A DNA stretch of 64,000 nucleotides from Nitrosopumilus sp. (GCA_965214775.1 OZ243974.1:1984001-2048000); one strand, 5' to 3'; shown: positions 35,061 through 45,344, counted from the first letter of the stretch. Notes: generated by a model not told the origin, from the letters alone. Program-made: numbers and translations.

Positions 35061-35400
35061 GCAGTACCACCCCTCTTCCGGTCGGATTCTGTCCTATCAA
35101 ATCAGAATAACTGATGATCTTTCCGCCGACTTTAATGATTTTTGCAGCAGCAGAATTTGAAATTGAAAAAGAGCACAGCGTTATTTTGTGAGGCACACTG
35201 CCTGTTCCGAGGACCTTGCCAGGAAAAACGACAACGTCGCCTTCCTTGGTCAGCTGGCCGATTCTCTTCAGGTTGATGTCCCTTCTTGCAATAGATGGCT
35301 TTAGCGCGTACTCTGCCAATCTTCCCCAGATTGGGGCGTCATTTTTTGTAGATGCCTTTCTGAGATCCCTTGCCATGCGTACGACAACCTGGCTAGTCAT
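35053..35400 (-). CDS. rpl18e: 50S ribosomal protein L18e
   Basis: VVFPGKVLGTG; operon context. Confidence 0.93.
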   Translation of the reverse strand: MTSQVVVRMARDLRKASTKNDAPIWGRLAEYALKPSIARRDINLKRIGQLTKEGDVVVFPGKVLGTGSVPHKITLCSFSISNSAAAKIIKVGGKIISYSDLIGQNPTGRGVVLLG

Positions 35401-35446
35401 GTGAATAATGCGGTTTGAAACCCAAATATAATGTGTATGCTGCCGG

Positions 35447-36112
35447 TTATTCCTGAATCTGGCTTACCATCTCTTTGAACTCGCCAAGCTTGTTGCTGAC
35501 TTCATCTACTCCGGCAAGAATTATCTGTTCTGGACTGAGTGCCCCCGTTGATTCTATTGTGAGAACCCGCTCGTCTTCTTTTTCTGCCTCAGTCAGCGTT
35601 GAGACATTTGAGGAATTCCATTTGGCATGTTCTGTTCCTCTTCCTAGCCTTGCATAGCATTCCACCTTGATTCTTTGTCCTGGCGCAAGCTGTACAATTG
35701 GAATCTTTTCAGAGATTGGCTTGATGGAATCATCCTCAGAAGACAGTTCGTTTGAAAGAACCGTTCTGGTGACATCCGAGTCTCCGGAATCGAGCACCAG
35801 CATCACCTTGCAGTTTGAGCACCCTGCCTCGCTTTGACACTGGCATTTTGAAGGCTCATCAAACCTGCCCAGTTCTGTCTTTAATGGAACCAGCCCCAAC
35901 CTGTGCGCAAGTCCCTCGTCTGCCAAAACTGAGGTGTTTTCAATAATGTCTACAGTATCAATTGCAAATACCGGAACGCCGTTTAGACAGACTCGCCTGA
36001 GTGCGTTTGCATACTGTAACGGTATGCCCTTTAGCTTTACAGCAATCTTTTGATTATCTTTGCTAATTACCTCCAAGGACGACAAATCTTGAACAAAATC
36101 TTCAAAATCCAC
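35447..36112 (-). CDS. rpoD: RNA polymerase subunit D (Rpo3); true start possibly about 36085
   Basis: ANALRR, AHRLGLVP, Cys cluster, HAKW. Confidence 0.93.
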   Translation of the reverse strand: MDFEDFVQDLSSLEVISKDNQKIAVKLKGIPLQYANALRRVCLNGVPVFAIDTVDIIENTSVLADEGLAHRLGLVPLKTELGRFDEPSKCQCQSEAGCSNCKVMLVLDSGDSDVTRTVLSNELSSEDDSIKPISEKIPIVQLAPGQRIKVECYARLGRGTEHAKWNSSNVSTLTEAEKEDERVLTIESTGALSPEQIILAGVDEVSNKLGEFKEMVSQIQE

Positions 36113-36137
36113 ATAAAAATCTAACTGGTTTTTCAGT

Positions 36138-36228
36138 GTAAGAGTTTACCCCTCAGGCGACGCTGCTGGCCGGAGCCTTCATGATCACGCCTGCCACGTC
36201 GTATCTTGGGGGAGGGGTAAACTCTTAC
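36138..36228. mobile_element. 91-bp IS66-type MITE (GTAAG family)
   Basis: 17-bp TIR GTAAGAGTTTACCCCTC; 8-bp TSD TTTTCAGT. Confidence 0.92.
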
Positions 36229-36232
36229 TTTT

Positions 36233-36353
36233 CAGTCTTCCCAGAAGTAACCCGGAAAACGGCTCTGGATTTGAGGCAAACCAAATTATGACGCCTGCAG
36301 ATTCACTCGCCGCCATCTGCACAGTCATGAATCACGTACTTCTGGGAAGACTG
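36233..36353. mobile_element. ISH3-type MITE (121 bp)
   Basis: TIR CAGTCTTCCCAGAAGTA at both ends. Confidence 0.92.
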
Positions 36354-36397
36354 AAAGAATAACTAGCTTTATTAGGCTAGGCTAAACTCAGAGGTCA

Positions 36398-36973
36398 ATG
36401 ACGAGTATGACAAAAACTCTACTTTTCGCATCACTGATAGCTGCAATGTTATTGCCGTTTTCAGGAATGCAGGCAGTAGATGCAAAAGAAAGCAAAGTAG
36501 TTGATTGGTCTGAATCACAACAAATGGCTTCTACCACACCAGGTGATTCTACTCGAACTGCGTCAGGCGGTTCTGTCTATGTATATTGTAACCATGAAGC
36601 ATCAATGTCAAACAAGTGTTATGGTTGGGATAATGGTGGTGACTTTTACTATTCTACACCATATACATACAAAAATGTAGATTCCTGTAACAGTTATACT
36701 TGTGCTGATCTAGATTACTATCATAGAGGCGACTCCATAATCAGCCATAATGGGTACGCATACACATTCGAATCTTCAAGTTATTATACCTGTGCAGTTG
36801 ACCTTGGATTATGTACATCACCATTAAAAGGTTACAACAACTATGAGACAATCCATCATAATAACATTCCAACAGGTGAACCAATCAATCACATAACTAC
36901 ATACAAATACGAACGACAAGGTGAAACAATATCTATTCTTGTAGTTCAACTAATGACTGAGGGATATAGTTAA
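36398..36973 (+). CDS. secreted Cys/Tyr-rich protein
   Basis: leader KTLLFASLIAAMLLPFS shared with 4453-5187; low GC. Confidence 0.8.
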   Translation: MTSMTKTLLFASLIAAMLLPFSGMQAVDAKESKVVDWSESQQMASTTPGDSTRTASGGSVYVYCNHEASMSNKCYGWDNGGDFYYSTPYTYKNVDSCNSYTCADLDYYHRGDSIISHNGYAYTFESSSYYTCAVDLGLCTSPLKGYNNYETIHHNNIPTGEPINHITTYKYERQGETISILVVQLMTEGYS

Positions 36974-36991
36974 CCTCATTATTTTTTTATC

Positions 36992-37213
36992 ATGTTATCT
37001 GACAAAGAAAAACTGGAATGGTTTTCACATTTTACAAAATCCCTGTCTGCAATTAAATTAATGTGTACTGATTCTGTATATTCTAAAGAGGACATACTCA
37101 CTCAGATTGTCTCCTTGGAACAAGATCTAAAATCTATTGATTCAGGATATCTGCCTTCTGGTCCCAAACAGACTGTACAATGGCCAAAAAATGAAACCAG
37201 CACTCAAAATTAA
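36992..37213 (+). CDS. small hypothetical protein
   Basis: 73-aa ORF directly downstream of the secreted protein gene. Confidence 0.6.
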   Translation: MLSDKEKLEWFSHFTKSLSAIKLMCTDSVYSKEDILTQIVSLEQDLKSIDSGYLPSGPKQTVQWPKNETSTQN

Positions 37214-37521
37214 ACCAATATCTAGCATCAGTCTTCCCAGAAGTAACCCAAAATAGCCAATTTTGACCGAAACAGATCAATTAGGGCAGTCCTAGAAGGT
37301 ACTCATGCCTTACCAAAAGAACCAACTGAGACGTGATGCTCTTAACAACCCGCGCATATATCAAGATATCCTAAAGACCAGTCTTCCCATCTATGTTAAA
37401 ACGCCCGGGCCCTTTAGCGGCTGCGGATTGTGTCTCTCTGATCCACGCCTAGTTTAATATGGGCCGCTTTATAGCTTACGCTGGGTACAGGGGGGATCCG
37501 TTCCCTGCATGCGGCTGCGTG

Positions 37522-38652
37522 TTACTTGTCTGTTTTCTCCCTGACCTCGGGTGGCATCTTGGATGCTGCAGCTGCTGCTGCTGCGGCCTCTGCCCGGGCC
37601 AGCTTGAGTTTGTACGTCTTGGGATCGTGTCCGGAGTACGGCGTCCTTGTCACGAGCATGGACCATACGATCCTGATCATCTTGGTTGCCACGTGCGTCC
37701 TGGCCACCATGGGCCTTGCGCTGTTCCTCTTCTTGGATCTTGCATGGATCCTTCCCATCCTCTCGTCGTATATGGCGGCCGTCCGCACAGTCTGTAGCAT
37801 CGCCCAGTTGCACCTGCGGTTGGATGTCTTTCTCATTTTGCCGTGGTACTCCCTGTCGCCGGACTGGTGAACCGTAGGACACATGCCGAACCACGCAACA
37901 AGCTTGCCCGGGGTCTTGAACCTGGCAATGTCCCCGATCTCAGATACCAGCAGCATGGCCGTAAACGAGTCGATTCCCGGAATGCTCATCAGGATCCTCG
38001 CATCCTCGCTGACGCTGGCCTGCGCCGCTATCCTTGTCTCGATGTCCGCGATCTCCTCTGTGATCTGCCTGACCCTTCTGGCATGCACGCCGAGAACCGC
38101 ATCATCGTTTGGGTCGCCAAGATTCAGGGCGAACAGCTGCCCGAGTCCCTTGTTGGAGTACACGTGCGACGAGTCGATCCTCTCGTCATACCTGTCCAGG
38201 AGGCTGTGGATCTGGTTGATCACGGCCGTCCTGTCCTGCACGAGGCCGATCCTGCAGCGCATCAGCTCCCTGACGCTCCGGAGTTCGGGCGGTGCCACGT
38301 AGCACTCGGGAACCATTCCGGCCCTCAGGGCGTTTGCAAGCTTTCTTGCGTCGATCGGGTCCGTCTTTACGTCCATGTCGGAGATTATCCGCATCTTGTA
38401 GGTGTTGGCAAGCTTGATTGGTATTCCCGCGGACTCGAATGCCTCGTAGGTCTTGAGCCACATGTTGCCCGTGGACTCGCAGACGGCCTGGCAGTTCTTT
38501 CCGCCGTAACTGAGCTTTGCCTTCCTGGCAAACATGCCTGCCTCTCTGGATGTGTTCTCGTATGACGTCTCTTCCAGGATCCTCTTTTTGTCGTCCATAA
38601 TGCACGCTACGCATTTTCTCTTTCCAATGTCTATTCCTATGCTGTATTGCAT
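37522..38652 (-). CDS. IS110-family DEDD recombinase
   Basis: GIDIGK, CESTG, KTDPIDA, SIPGI, PTVHQSG. Confidence 0.93.
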   Translation of the reverse strand: MQYSIGIDIGKRKCVACIMDDKKRILEETSYENTSREAGMFARKAKLSYGGKNCQAVCESTGNMWLKTYEAFESAGIPIKLANTYKMRIISDMDVKTDPIDARKLANALRAGMVPECYVAPPELRSVRELMRCRIGLVQDRTAVINQIHSLLDRYDERIDSSHVYSNKGLGQLFALNLGDPNDDAVLGVHARRVRQITEEIADIETRIAAQASVSEDARILMSIPGIDSFTAMLLVSEIGDIARFKTPGKLVAWFGMCPTVHQSGDREYHGKMRKTSNRRCNWAMLQTVRTAAIYDERMGRIHARSKKRNSARPMVARTHVATKMIRIVWSMLVTRTPYSGHDPKTYKLKLARAEAAAAAAAASKMPPEVREKTDK

Positions 38653-38683
38653 CTTTTCTCGCTTTCCTCTTTTTGGTGGATCA

Positions 38684-38790
38684 GAGGCTGCACACATCTA
38701 TCAGCACGCCGTGGTGCACGAACACTGCAGCTCGGAATTACCGCATTCAGAAGTCAGCGCGCGGGGCGCATGGGAAGACAGCGGTTGATC
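38684..38790 (-). ncRNA. predicted bridge/seek RNA of IS110 family 1
   Basis: target loop GTCTTCCCA + ACTTCTG; donor loop GTGTTC + ATAGATG; each enclosed by a stem with an internal hairpin. Confidence 0.8.
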
Positions 38791-40151
38791 CACACCACCA
38801 CCGCTACGGGCCCGGGCGTTTTTAACCCGTGTTCAGAAGTACCACGTCAAATTATCCCCGGCTCGAAACAATTCAAATAATGATGCCTGCATATCCGCAT
38901 GTCGTTTCTTGCACCTCCACGAGTCGGTTACTTCTGGGAAGACTGAAGACCGTTGGCGACGGCATGGCCCCGTGCATCAAGACATCAGACAAGCACAACG
39001 CCATCTATGCTACAGACGACTTTATCAGGTGCCTGACGCGCGCGGCCGTATCCAACAGGCAGGTGGCAGGCTGCACGATGTCTGCACGTGACGTGCCAGC
39101 GGCTCCTGGAATGCCCCGCAATCCCACCGACGAGTGGATCCGCAGCGTCGCCATAAGATCCAAGCCCGGCCAGATCCAAGGCTGCCTTGCAGAAACCGTG
39201 GGCCGGCAGCTGAACCAGCTGAGGGATATGGGGATGATCACAAATGGCCAAAAGACGGATGCGGCAATAGACATGCACCTGATACCGCGCTATGACAAAA
39301 AGTACGGTAGTGAGCTTGTACGCTCCAAGAAGAAGAGCGGGACGATAGTCTGAGCGTTACATCACCATACAGTGCATCGTAAAGCACTGCCGCCTTGTGC
39401 TGGGAGCACTGCACATGCCGGCCCTTGAGGATACGGCCGATTTCGTGCGTAAAATCATCGATTCTGCACGCCGCACAGGCGCCGATCTTGGAGTCGTGAT
39501 GCTGGACCGCGAGTTCTTTTCGGCCGCAGTCATCTCCAAGCTGGATGCGGCCGGTGTCAGATGTATCATACCGTGCAAGAACACGGATGCAGTCGTTGCC
39601 ACCCTCAACGAGAATGGCGACGTGAAAAAAAGAAGGGAGGTCAAATCGGTCATATCCGGCACCACAAAGTCTGCACGGTACACGATGGTCATCACAAAGA
39701 GAAGGAAGAAGAGATCAGGCAAGACCGATGTGGAGAAGCTGCCGGCGCACGAGCGGCTCATCGGATTTGCAACCAACGTGCCCGGAATAGATCCGAACGA
39801 GTACAGCCGCAGGTGGGGGATCGAGACTGGATACAGGATGATAGAGAACGCAAGGGTCAGGACCCACAGCAAGAGCCCGGTCGTAAGGATGCTGTACTTT
39901 GTGTACTCGGCTGCGGTCTTCAACGCGTGGGTCATGGCAAACGCGATGATGAGAAACTTTACGGGGATCGTTACAGAGGATCCCCTGATCACCCAGCAGT
40001 GCCTCAATGACGTGATCAAGCGTGGTATGTCGGACTATAGGATGCTGCCCCAACCCCCTCCACCGGTGCCTCCATGAGTTACTTCTGGGAAGACTGGGCA
40101 AGCGAAAACCTTCAAATAATTTTTAATCCTAGTATGTTTAACAGGTTTCAT

Positions 40152-41319
40152 ATGCCAGAAAATCAAAAATTAAACCATGAATCCATAGTGGAAATGGAAA
40201 AGAGGGCCCGCAGGATAAGATCCAGCATTGATGAAATAGTGATGGAGGCAGACATGACAGGATCCGACTTTGAGGAATTAAAAAGCATGTTCGGGGAAAT
40301 AAGAAGGAAGATGGAGGGGATAAGATCGAATATCAAGATAATGAGAAGAGAGGCCGGCGTGGCAGGGCTTGACTTTGAGGAAATGATGACACATACTGGC
40401 ATGGCAGGATTCAGCTTTAAGAATGCAAGAACGAGTATCAGCCGGGTAAGATCCTGCGTTGAGGAGGCAGAAAGGGGGAGCGGCGTGGAAGTACTCAGGG
40501 TCAAGAAATTGTTAGATCATATCAGCACGATAAGATCTTACATTGGGAAGCATGGAGGAAGTGCCGACATGACAAGATCTGTCTTTGATCTGTTGGAAGT
40601 ATGGACTGACAGATTCAGAGCTCACTGCGTGGGAGTCAGAGAGGCGGTCAAGGGGTTGAGTGTGCCGGCAGAGTTGGGAATATCTGTCTACAGGAAAGTG
40701 GGAAAGGAGGTGGAGACGGCAAAGGCTGTGTTCAAGAAACTGGTAAGCATGTCTTATAAAACCGCCAAAAAGCCGCCACCATGGGGTACACAGAGATCTG
40801 ACTCGATGGAGGATGATCTTGAGCTGATAATACATGAACTCGGCGAACTAGAAAAGTATACAGGTGCAATGAGAGATAACTTTGAGGAATCAAAAGGATA
40901 CATCCTCAGATTACGATCTGAATTCGAGGAGATGAGAAAGAGCGCCTGCAGTGCAGGATCTGGCCTGCCAAAGCATTTGGGGAGACACGAGGATCCGCAG
41001 GCACAGGGCGGGGTCGGCAGGCAGGGATCCGTCCACGTACGAGCTGCGGCCCGAAAGCCTCCGGGTCGTGATCAGGGATACCGACATTGTCCTCAGAATC
41101 AATCCGAAGGGGCACCTCGACCCCATCCGCCGCCGGATTCTTTCACTGGCAGACGAGATCAGGACGGGGCTGAAGAGAATGGAGGCAGAAGGGGCCACGA
41201 TACCAGAGCGCGAGGACGTTGTAATCGCAAAAAACCGCGAAATCCTAGAGGCCGCCCTGGTCGACTTTGACTACGACGCCCATGCCGGGGATCCGCACCT
41301 GCCGCCTGCCACACTCTAG
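40152..41319 (+). pseudogene. coiled-coil hypothetical protein, probably frameshifted near 40960
   Basis: heptad-rich ORF that continues in another frame (40951-41319). Confidence 0.5.
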
Positions 41320-41335
41320 CGAATCGCCTGGAACC

Positions 41336-42095
41336 TAGTACCACGGCTACCAATTGATTACAAAAAGGACAATTTTTTTCAACCAAAGGATCTAAGATCT
41401 ACCAATCCCATATACACATGAAAGGAAAGAAGGAATTACCGGTGGGAACAGCGTTCCTACACGGGACAGCAGGCAAGGACGAGCTTTTTAGGATGCACAA
41501 GTCCGAAAAGGATGCCAAGGCGGCAATCCGGCTCCTTGCATACCATATGAGAAAGTGCGGCGCGAGCATATATGATATTGCCGAGAAGCTGAGCAGGCCG
41601 TATGGAACCGTACGATACTGGCTGGTGCGTGCGCACAAGCACGGCCTGGAGGGCAGGTTTGACATAAAGCACGGCGCCCCGTGCAGGCTCGACAAGAAAC
41701 AGATTGAACAGCTGCTGCGTACAGACCTGATCAAGGGCCCGGACAACTGCGGCTTTAAGGCCACAACATGGACAGGATCGCTGGTCATTGCCCACGTCAA
41801 AAAGAAGTTCGGCATCACGTATGCAGAAACGAGCATGTACGACCTGCTGCCCAGAATCGGCTTCTCATGCAGAAAGCCCAGGCCAAAACACCCAAAATCA
41901 GCCTCAGAACCCGAGAAAAAGGAGTTCGAGGAAAAGACCGGGCGGTGCACAAAGTACTATTCAAAAAAGGGGTACACGGTAATGATAGGCGACGAGGTAG
42001 GAGTTTATCCCGGAGTGGAACGTCAAGAACATCTGGTACGCCATAGGAAAGCCGGTCTATACGCCGTCCAACCTGTCAAGGAAGAGGTCCTACGT
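41336..42095 (+). mobile_element. IS630-family element (family C), frameshifted and truncated
   Basis: near-identical to the reverse complement of 54454-55588. Confidence 0.88.
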
Positions 42096-42306
42096 GGGTT
42101 GTTTCCTAATTCCATCTGCCTAGCTCAGTCTGCATGTTTTTCTGAATTTTTGCCCTTTTGCACGCCTGATCAATAGGCGTTATGCGTAATCGGTTTACAT
42201 CTGGGATTATTACGAACAAATTCGTCTCATTTATGTAGATTACGCATAAAGTCTAATGTGGCATCTCAACGGTTTTCAGGAATTCTGGCGAATTAGGAAA
42301 CAACAC
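42096..42306. mobile_element. MITE (about 210 bp)
   Basis: IR GTTGTTTCCTAATTC / GAATTAGGAAACAAC; internal IR TTATGCGTAATC / GATTACGCATAA. Confidence 0.7.
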
Positions 42307-42416
42307 CCCAATAACTAGGTAAAAAACGATCCTTCTGATTCACATTTGGCTTTGCTGCTGCTACTGCTGCTGTTTTGCGTATAGATAAATACCAAATTGT
42401 CATAGGTATTTCAGAA

Positions 42417-43106
42417 ATGGCAGATGCTACAGTGGTAAGGTATTCCTATGAGGGCGAAAAATTTGAGATACTGGTAAAGCCTGATCCTGCCCTGGACTAC
42501 AAATTGGGAAAGAAAAAAGAGATCTCATCCGTTTTGATCTCAGATGACATTTACACTGATTCTGGAAAAGGCACAAAGCCTTCAACCGAAAAACTGCTAA
42601 AGGCGTTCAAAACTGAGAATGAGACCGAAATCGCAGCAATCATTCTTCAGAAGGGCGACCTGAATCTTACAACTGATCAAAGACGAAAAATGACTGAGGA
42701 GAAGAAAAAGCAGATTGTAGAGTATATCGCAAAAACGTATGTGGATCCAAAGACACACCTGCCCCATCCTCCATTGAGAATTGAGCAGGCAATGAAAGAC
42801 GGCAGGGTTTCTGTGGATTCTCAAAAAAATGTCGGTGAACAAGTCAAGGATATAGTTGACAAACTGCGTTCCATCATTGCCCTAAAATCTGAAAATCTGC
42901 AACTAGACATCACCATTCCTGCACAGTATGCCTCCCAGTCGTATGCCGTTCTAAAATCTGTAGGTTCGCTGAAAAAAGAAGAATGGCAAAACAACGGCTC
43001 GCTAAAAGCAATACTTGAAATACCGGCGGCGGCAAGGCCAAACGTGATAGACAGGTTGGGCTCTATAACCCGGGGATCTGCTTCAGTTGAGGTGGTAACA
43101 CAATAA
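42417..43106 (+). CDS. ribosome assembly factor SBDS
   Basis: KFEILV, PHPPLRIE; exosome operon context. Confidence 0.92.
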   Translation: MADATVVRYSYEGEKFEILVKPDPALDYKLGKKKEISSVLISDDIYTDSGKGTKPSTEKLLKAFKTENETEIAAIILQKGDLNLTTDQRRKMTEEKKKQIVEYIAKTYVDPKTHLPHPPLRIEQAMKDGRVSVDSQKNVGEQVKDIVDKLRSIIALKSENLQLDITIPAQYASQSYAVLKSVGSLKKEEWQNNGSLKAILEIPAAARPNVIDRLGSITRGSASVEVVTQ

Positions 43107-43786
43107 TGGAAAATAAGAGAAGATACGTCATCCCGGGCGATGTTGTGGCAACAGGCCCGTTTAGACCCGAGCAGAACGTTGTCCTCCAAGGAAGCAAGAT
43201 AGTCTCTACTGCAATTGGAATCTCTGAGATCTACGACGATTCTGTCCGCGTAATTCCCTTGACTGGAAAATACACTCCAAAAATAAATGATCTGGTAATT
43301 GGCAAGGTAATCTCTCACACTTCCCTTTCATGGGAACTAGACATAAATTCGTGCTATGTGGGATTTTTGCCAGCTCAAGACGTCTTTGGCCGTGACTTTT
43401 CTGCCCACGCAGACGAACTTACATCCAAACTGGCTTCCGGGGATCTTGTTGCAGCAAGAATTGCAAATTTTGACAGAACCCGAGATCCTCTTGTCACGAT
43501 TTCTGACAGAGACCTTGGAAAGATTGATTCTGGTGACTTGGTACGGATATCCCCAAGCAAGGTTCCACGCCTAATTGGAAAAAGAGGAACCATGATTCAG
43601 ACAATTGAAATGGCTACCGATGCAGCAATTACAATTGGCCAGAACGGATGGGTTGTAGTCTCTTGCGAGTCTCCAGAGGGATTATTAAAGGCCAAAAAGG
43701 CAATTCAAATGGTCAATGAGAAGGCACACGTTGCTAATTTGACTGATCAAGTGAAAGAAATGTTAGAATCAAAAGGCGAATCATAA
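43106..43786 (+). CDS. rrp4: exosome RNA-binding subunit Rrp4
   Basis: S1 and KH domains (VPRLIGKRG, GQNG). Confidence 0.92.
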   Translation: MENKRRYVIPGDVVATGPFRPEQNVVLQGSKIVSTAIGISEIYDDSVRVIPLTGKYTPKINDLVIGKVISHTSLSWELDINSCYVGFLPAQDVFGRDFSAHADELTSKLASGDLVAARIANFDRTRDPLVTISDRDLGKIDSGDLVRISPSKVPRLIGKRGTMIQTIEMATDAAITIGQNGWVVVSCESPEGLLKAKKAIQMVNEKAHVANLTDQVKEMLESKGES

Positions 43787-44520
43787 TGGGCGGAAGAGAA
43801 GCAACAACGGTCCTGCTGGACGAAAACGGAATTCGTTGTGATGGACGTAAGGTGGACGAACCGCGACGGATCATGATAAGAGCAGGCGGACTGAAAAACG
43901 CTGATGGCTCAGCCTACATTGAATTTGGCGATAACAAAATCCTAGTCGGAGTGTTTGGCCCGCGTGACGTCCATCCAAAACACATGTCAGATACTGATAC
44001 TGGCATCCTGAGAGTCCGCTACCATATGGAGCCGTTTTCTGTCGGGGAACGAAAAAACCCCGCCCCTTCAAGAAGAGAGATTGAGATTTCCAAAGTCATC
44101 AAGGAGGCACTAGAACCTGCAGTCATGCTGGACAAATTCCCAAGAACCACAGTTGACGTATTTATCGAAGTATTGCAGGCCGATGGCGGAACCAGATGTG
44201 CCGCTTTAACAGCTGCTTCGGTTGCCTTGGCAGATGCGGGAATTCCAATGAGGGATCTAGTTGCAGCAATCGCTGCAGGCAAAGTTGCAGATACTGTCAT
44301 TCTTGACGTGAACAATGAGGAGGACCAAGCAGGCCAGGCAGACATGCCGATTGGCTACATGCCAAATCTTCAAAAAGTCACTCTTTTGCAGCTTGACGGG
44401 GTACTAACACCTGAAGAATACAAAAAATGCGTCCAAGTCGGAATCGAAGGCTGCAAGTTGGTTTATGATTTACAAAAGAAGGCACTCAATGACAAGTATT
44501 TTGGAAACGGAGGCAGTTAG
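43786..44520 (+). CDS. rrp41: exosome exonuclease Rrp41
   Basis: RNase PH fold; QADGGTR, DMP. Confidence 0.94.
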   Translation: MGGREATTVLLDENGIRCDGRKVDEPRRIMIRAGGLKNADGSAYIEFGDNKILVGVFGPRDVHPKHMSDTDTGILRVRYHMEPFSVGERKNPAPSRREIEISKVIKEALEPAVMLDKFPRTTVDVFIEVLQADGGTRCAALTAASVALADAGIPMRDLVAAIAAGKVADTVILDVNNEEDQAGQADMPIGYMPNLQKVTLLQLDGVLTPEEYKKCVQVGIEGCKLVYDLQKKALNDKYFGNGGS

Positions 44521-44522
44521 AA

Positions 44523-45344
44523 ATGGGCTCTCATTCAGTCGTTGACCAATTAAAGAAAAACCAAATCATTGAACTGTTGGAACAAGGCAAACGTGTTGAT
44601 GGAAGGGGGCATGACGAGGCGCGGGATGTCTCGATTCAAACCGATGCGATTCCAAAGGCAAACGGTTCTGCCAGGGTGAGGCTTGGCGATACCGAAGTTG
44701 TATGCGGAATAAAAATTCAGCCAGACAGGCCATTTCCGGACATGGGTGACAAGGGAATCTTCATCTGCACTGCTGAGTTGCTGCCGTTGTCGCATCCCAC
44801 AGTCGAGACAGGCCCTCCGGGACCTGACGTCATTGAATTGGCAAGGGTTGTCGACAGGGGAATCAGGGAGAGCCACATGGTTGATTTGTCCCAACTGGTA
44901 ATCGAGAAGGACAAATCCGTAGTCGGCGTATTTGCCGACAATGTCGTTGTCGATTATGATGGAAACCTGTTTGATGCATGTTCATACGCCACAGCAGCCG
45001 CACTGCTTTCTTCCCAAACCCCAAAATGGAATATGACAGATGACGTGCCGACCTTGGCCGAAGGCAAAGAGTCCCCCGTACCTATTACCACAATTCCTGT
45101 CTCAGTCACAATGGGCAAGATCAGAGACCACATCATCGTTGATCCCAACGGCGATGAATGGGATTGCATGGATGCCAGAATCACCATTACTACTGATTCT
45201 GATGGAAACATCTGTGCCTTACAAAAGGGCGGAAACGGCGGATTTACGTTTGAGGAAATCCTCAAGTGCGGCCAGACATCAGTCAAGGTAGGCTCGCAAA
45301 TAAGGGAAAAATTAAGGGCAGTCCAGTCCGGAGACCAGCGGTAA
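44523..45344 (+). CDS. rrp42: exosome protein Rrp42
   Basis: RVDGR, ARVVDRGIRES, DGNLFDA. Confidence 0.94.
   Translation: MGSHSVVDQLKKNQIIELLEQGKRVDGRGHDEARDVSIQTDAIPKANGSARVRLGDTEVVCGIKIQPDRPFPDMGDKGIFICTAELLPLSHPTVETGPPGPDVIELARVVDRGIRESHMVDLSQLVIEKDKSVVGVFADNVVVDYDGNLFDACSYATAAALLSSQTPKWNMTDDVPTLAEGKESPVPITTIPVSVTMGKIRDHIIVDPNGDEWDCMDARITITTDSDGNICALQKGGNGGFTFEEILKCGQTSVKVGSQIREKLRAVQSGDQR

Larger units (their letters stand above)
37390..38835 (-). mobile_element. IS110/IS1111-type element family 1, complete
   Basis: core CA at 37388-37389 and 38834-38835; subterminal IR GTTAAAACGCCCGGGCCC. Confidence 0.92.
37379..38945. mobile_element. ISH3-type MITE (121 bp after removing the IS110) with 5-bp TSD AAGAC
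   Basis: left TIR split by IS110; right TIR at 38929-38945. Confidence 0.88.
37229..40096 (+). mobile_element. ISH3-type element (family 2); transposase 37305-40077 disrupted by nested MITE+IS110 and a frameshift at about 39350
   Basis: TIR CAGTCTTCCCAGAAGTAAC; AIDMH, LDREFF, YSRRWGIETGYR. Confidence 0.9.
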
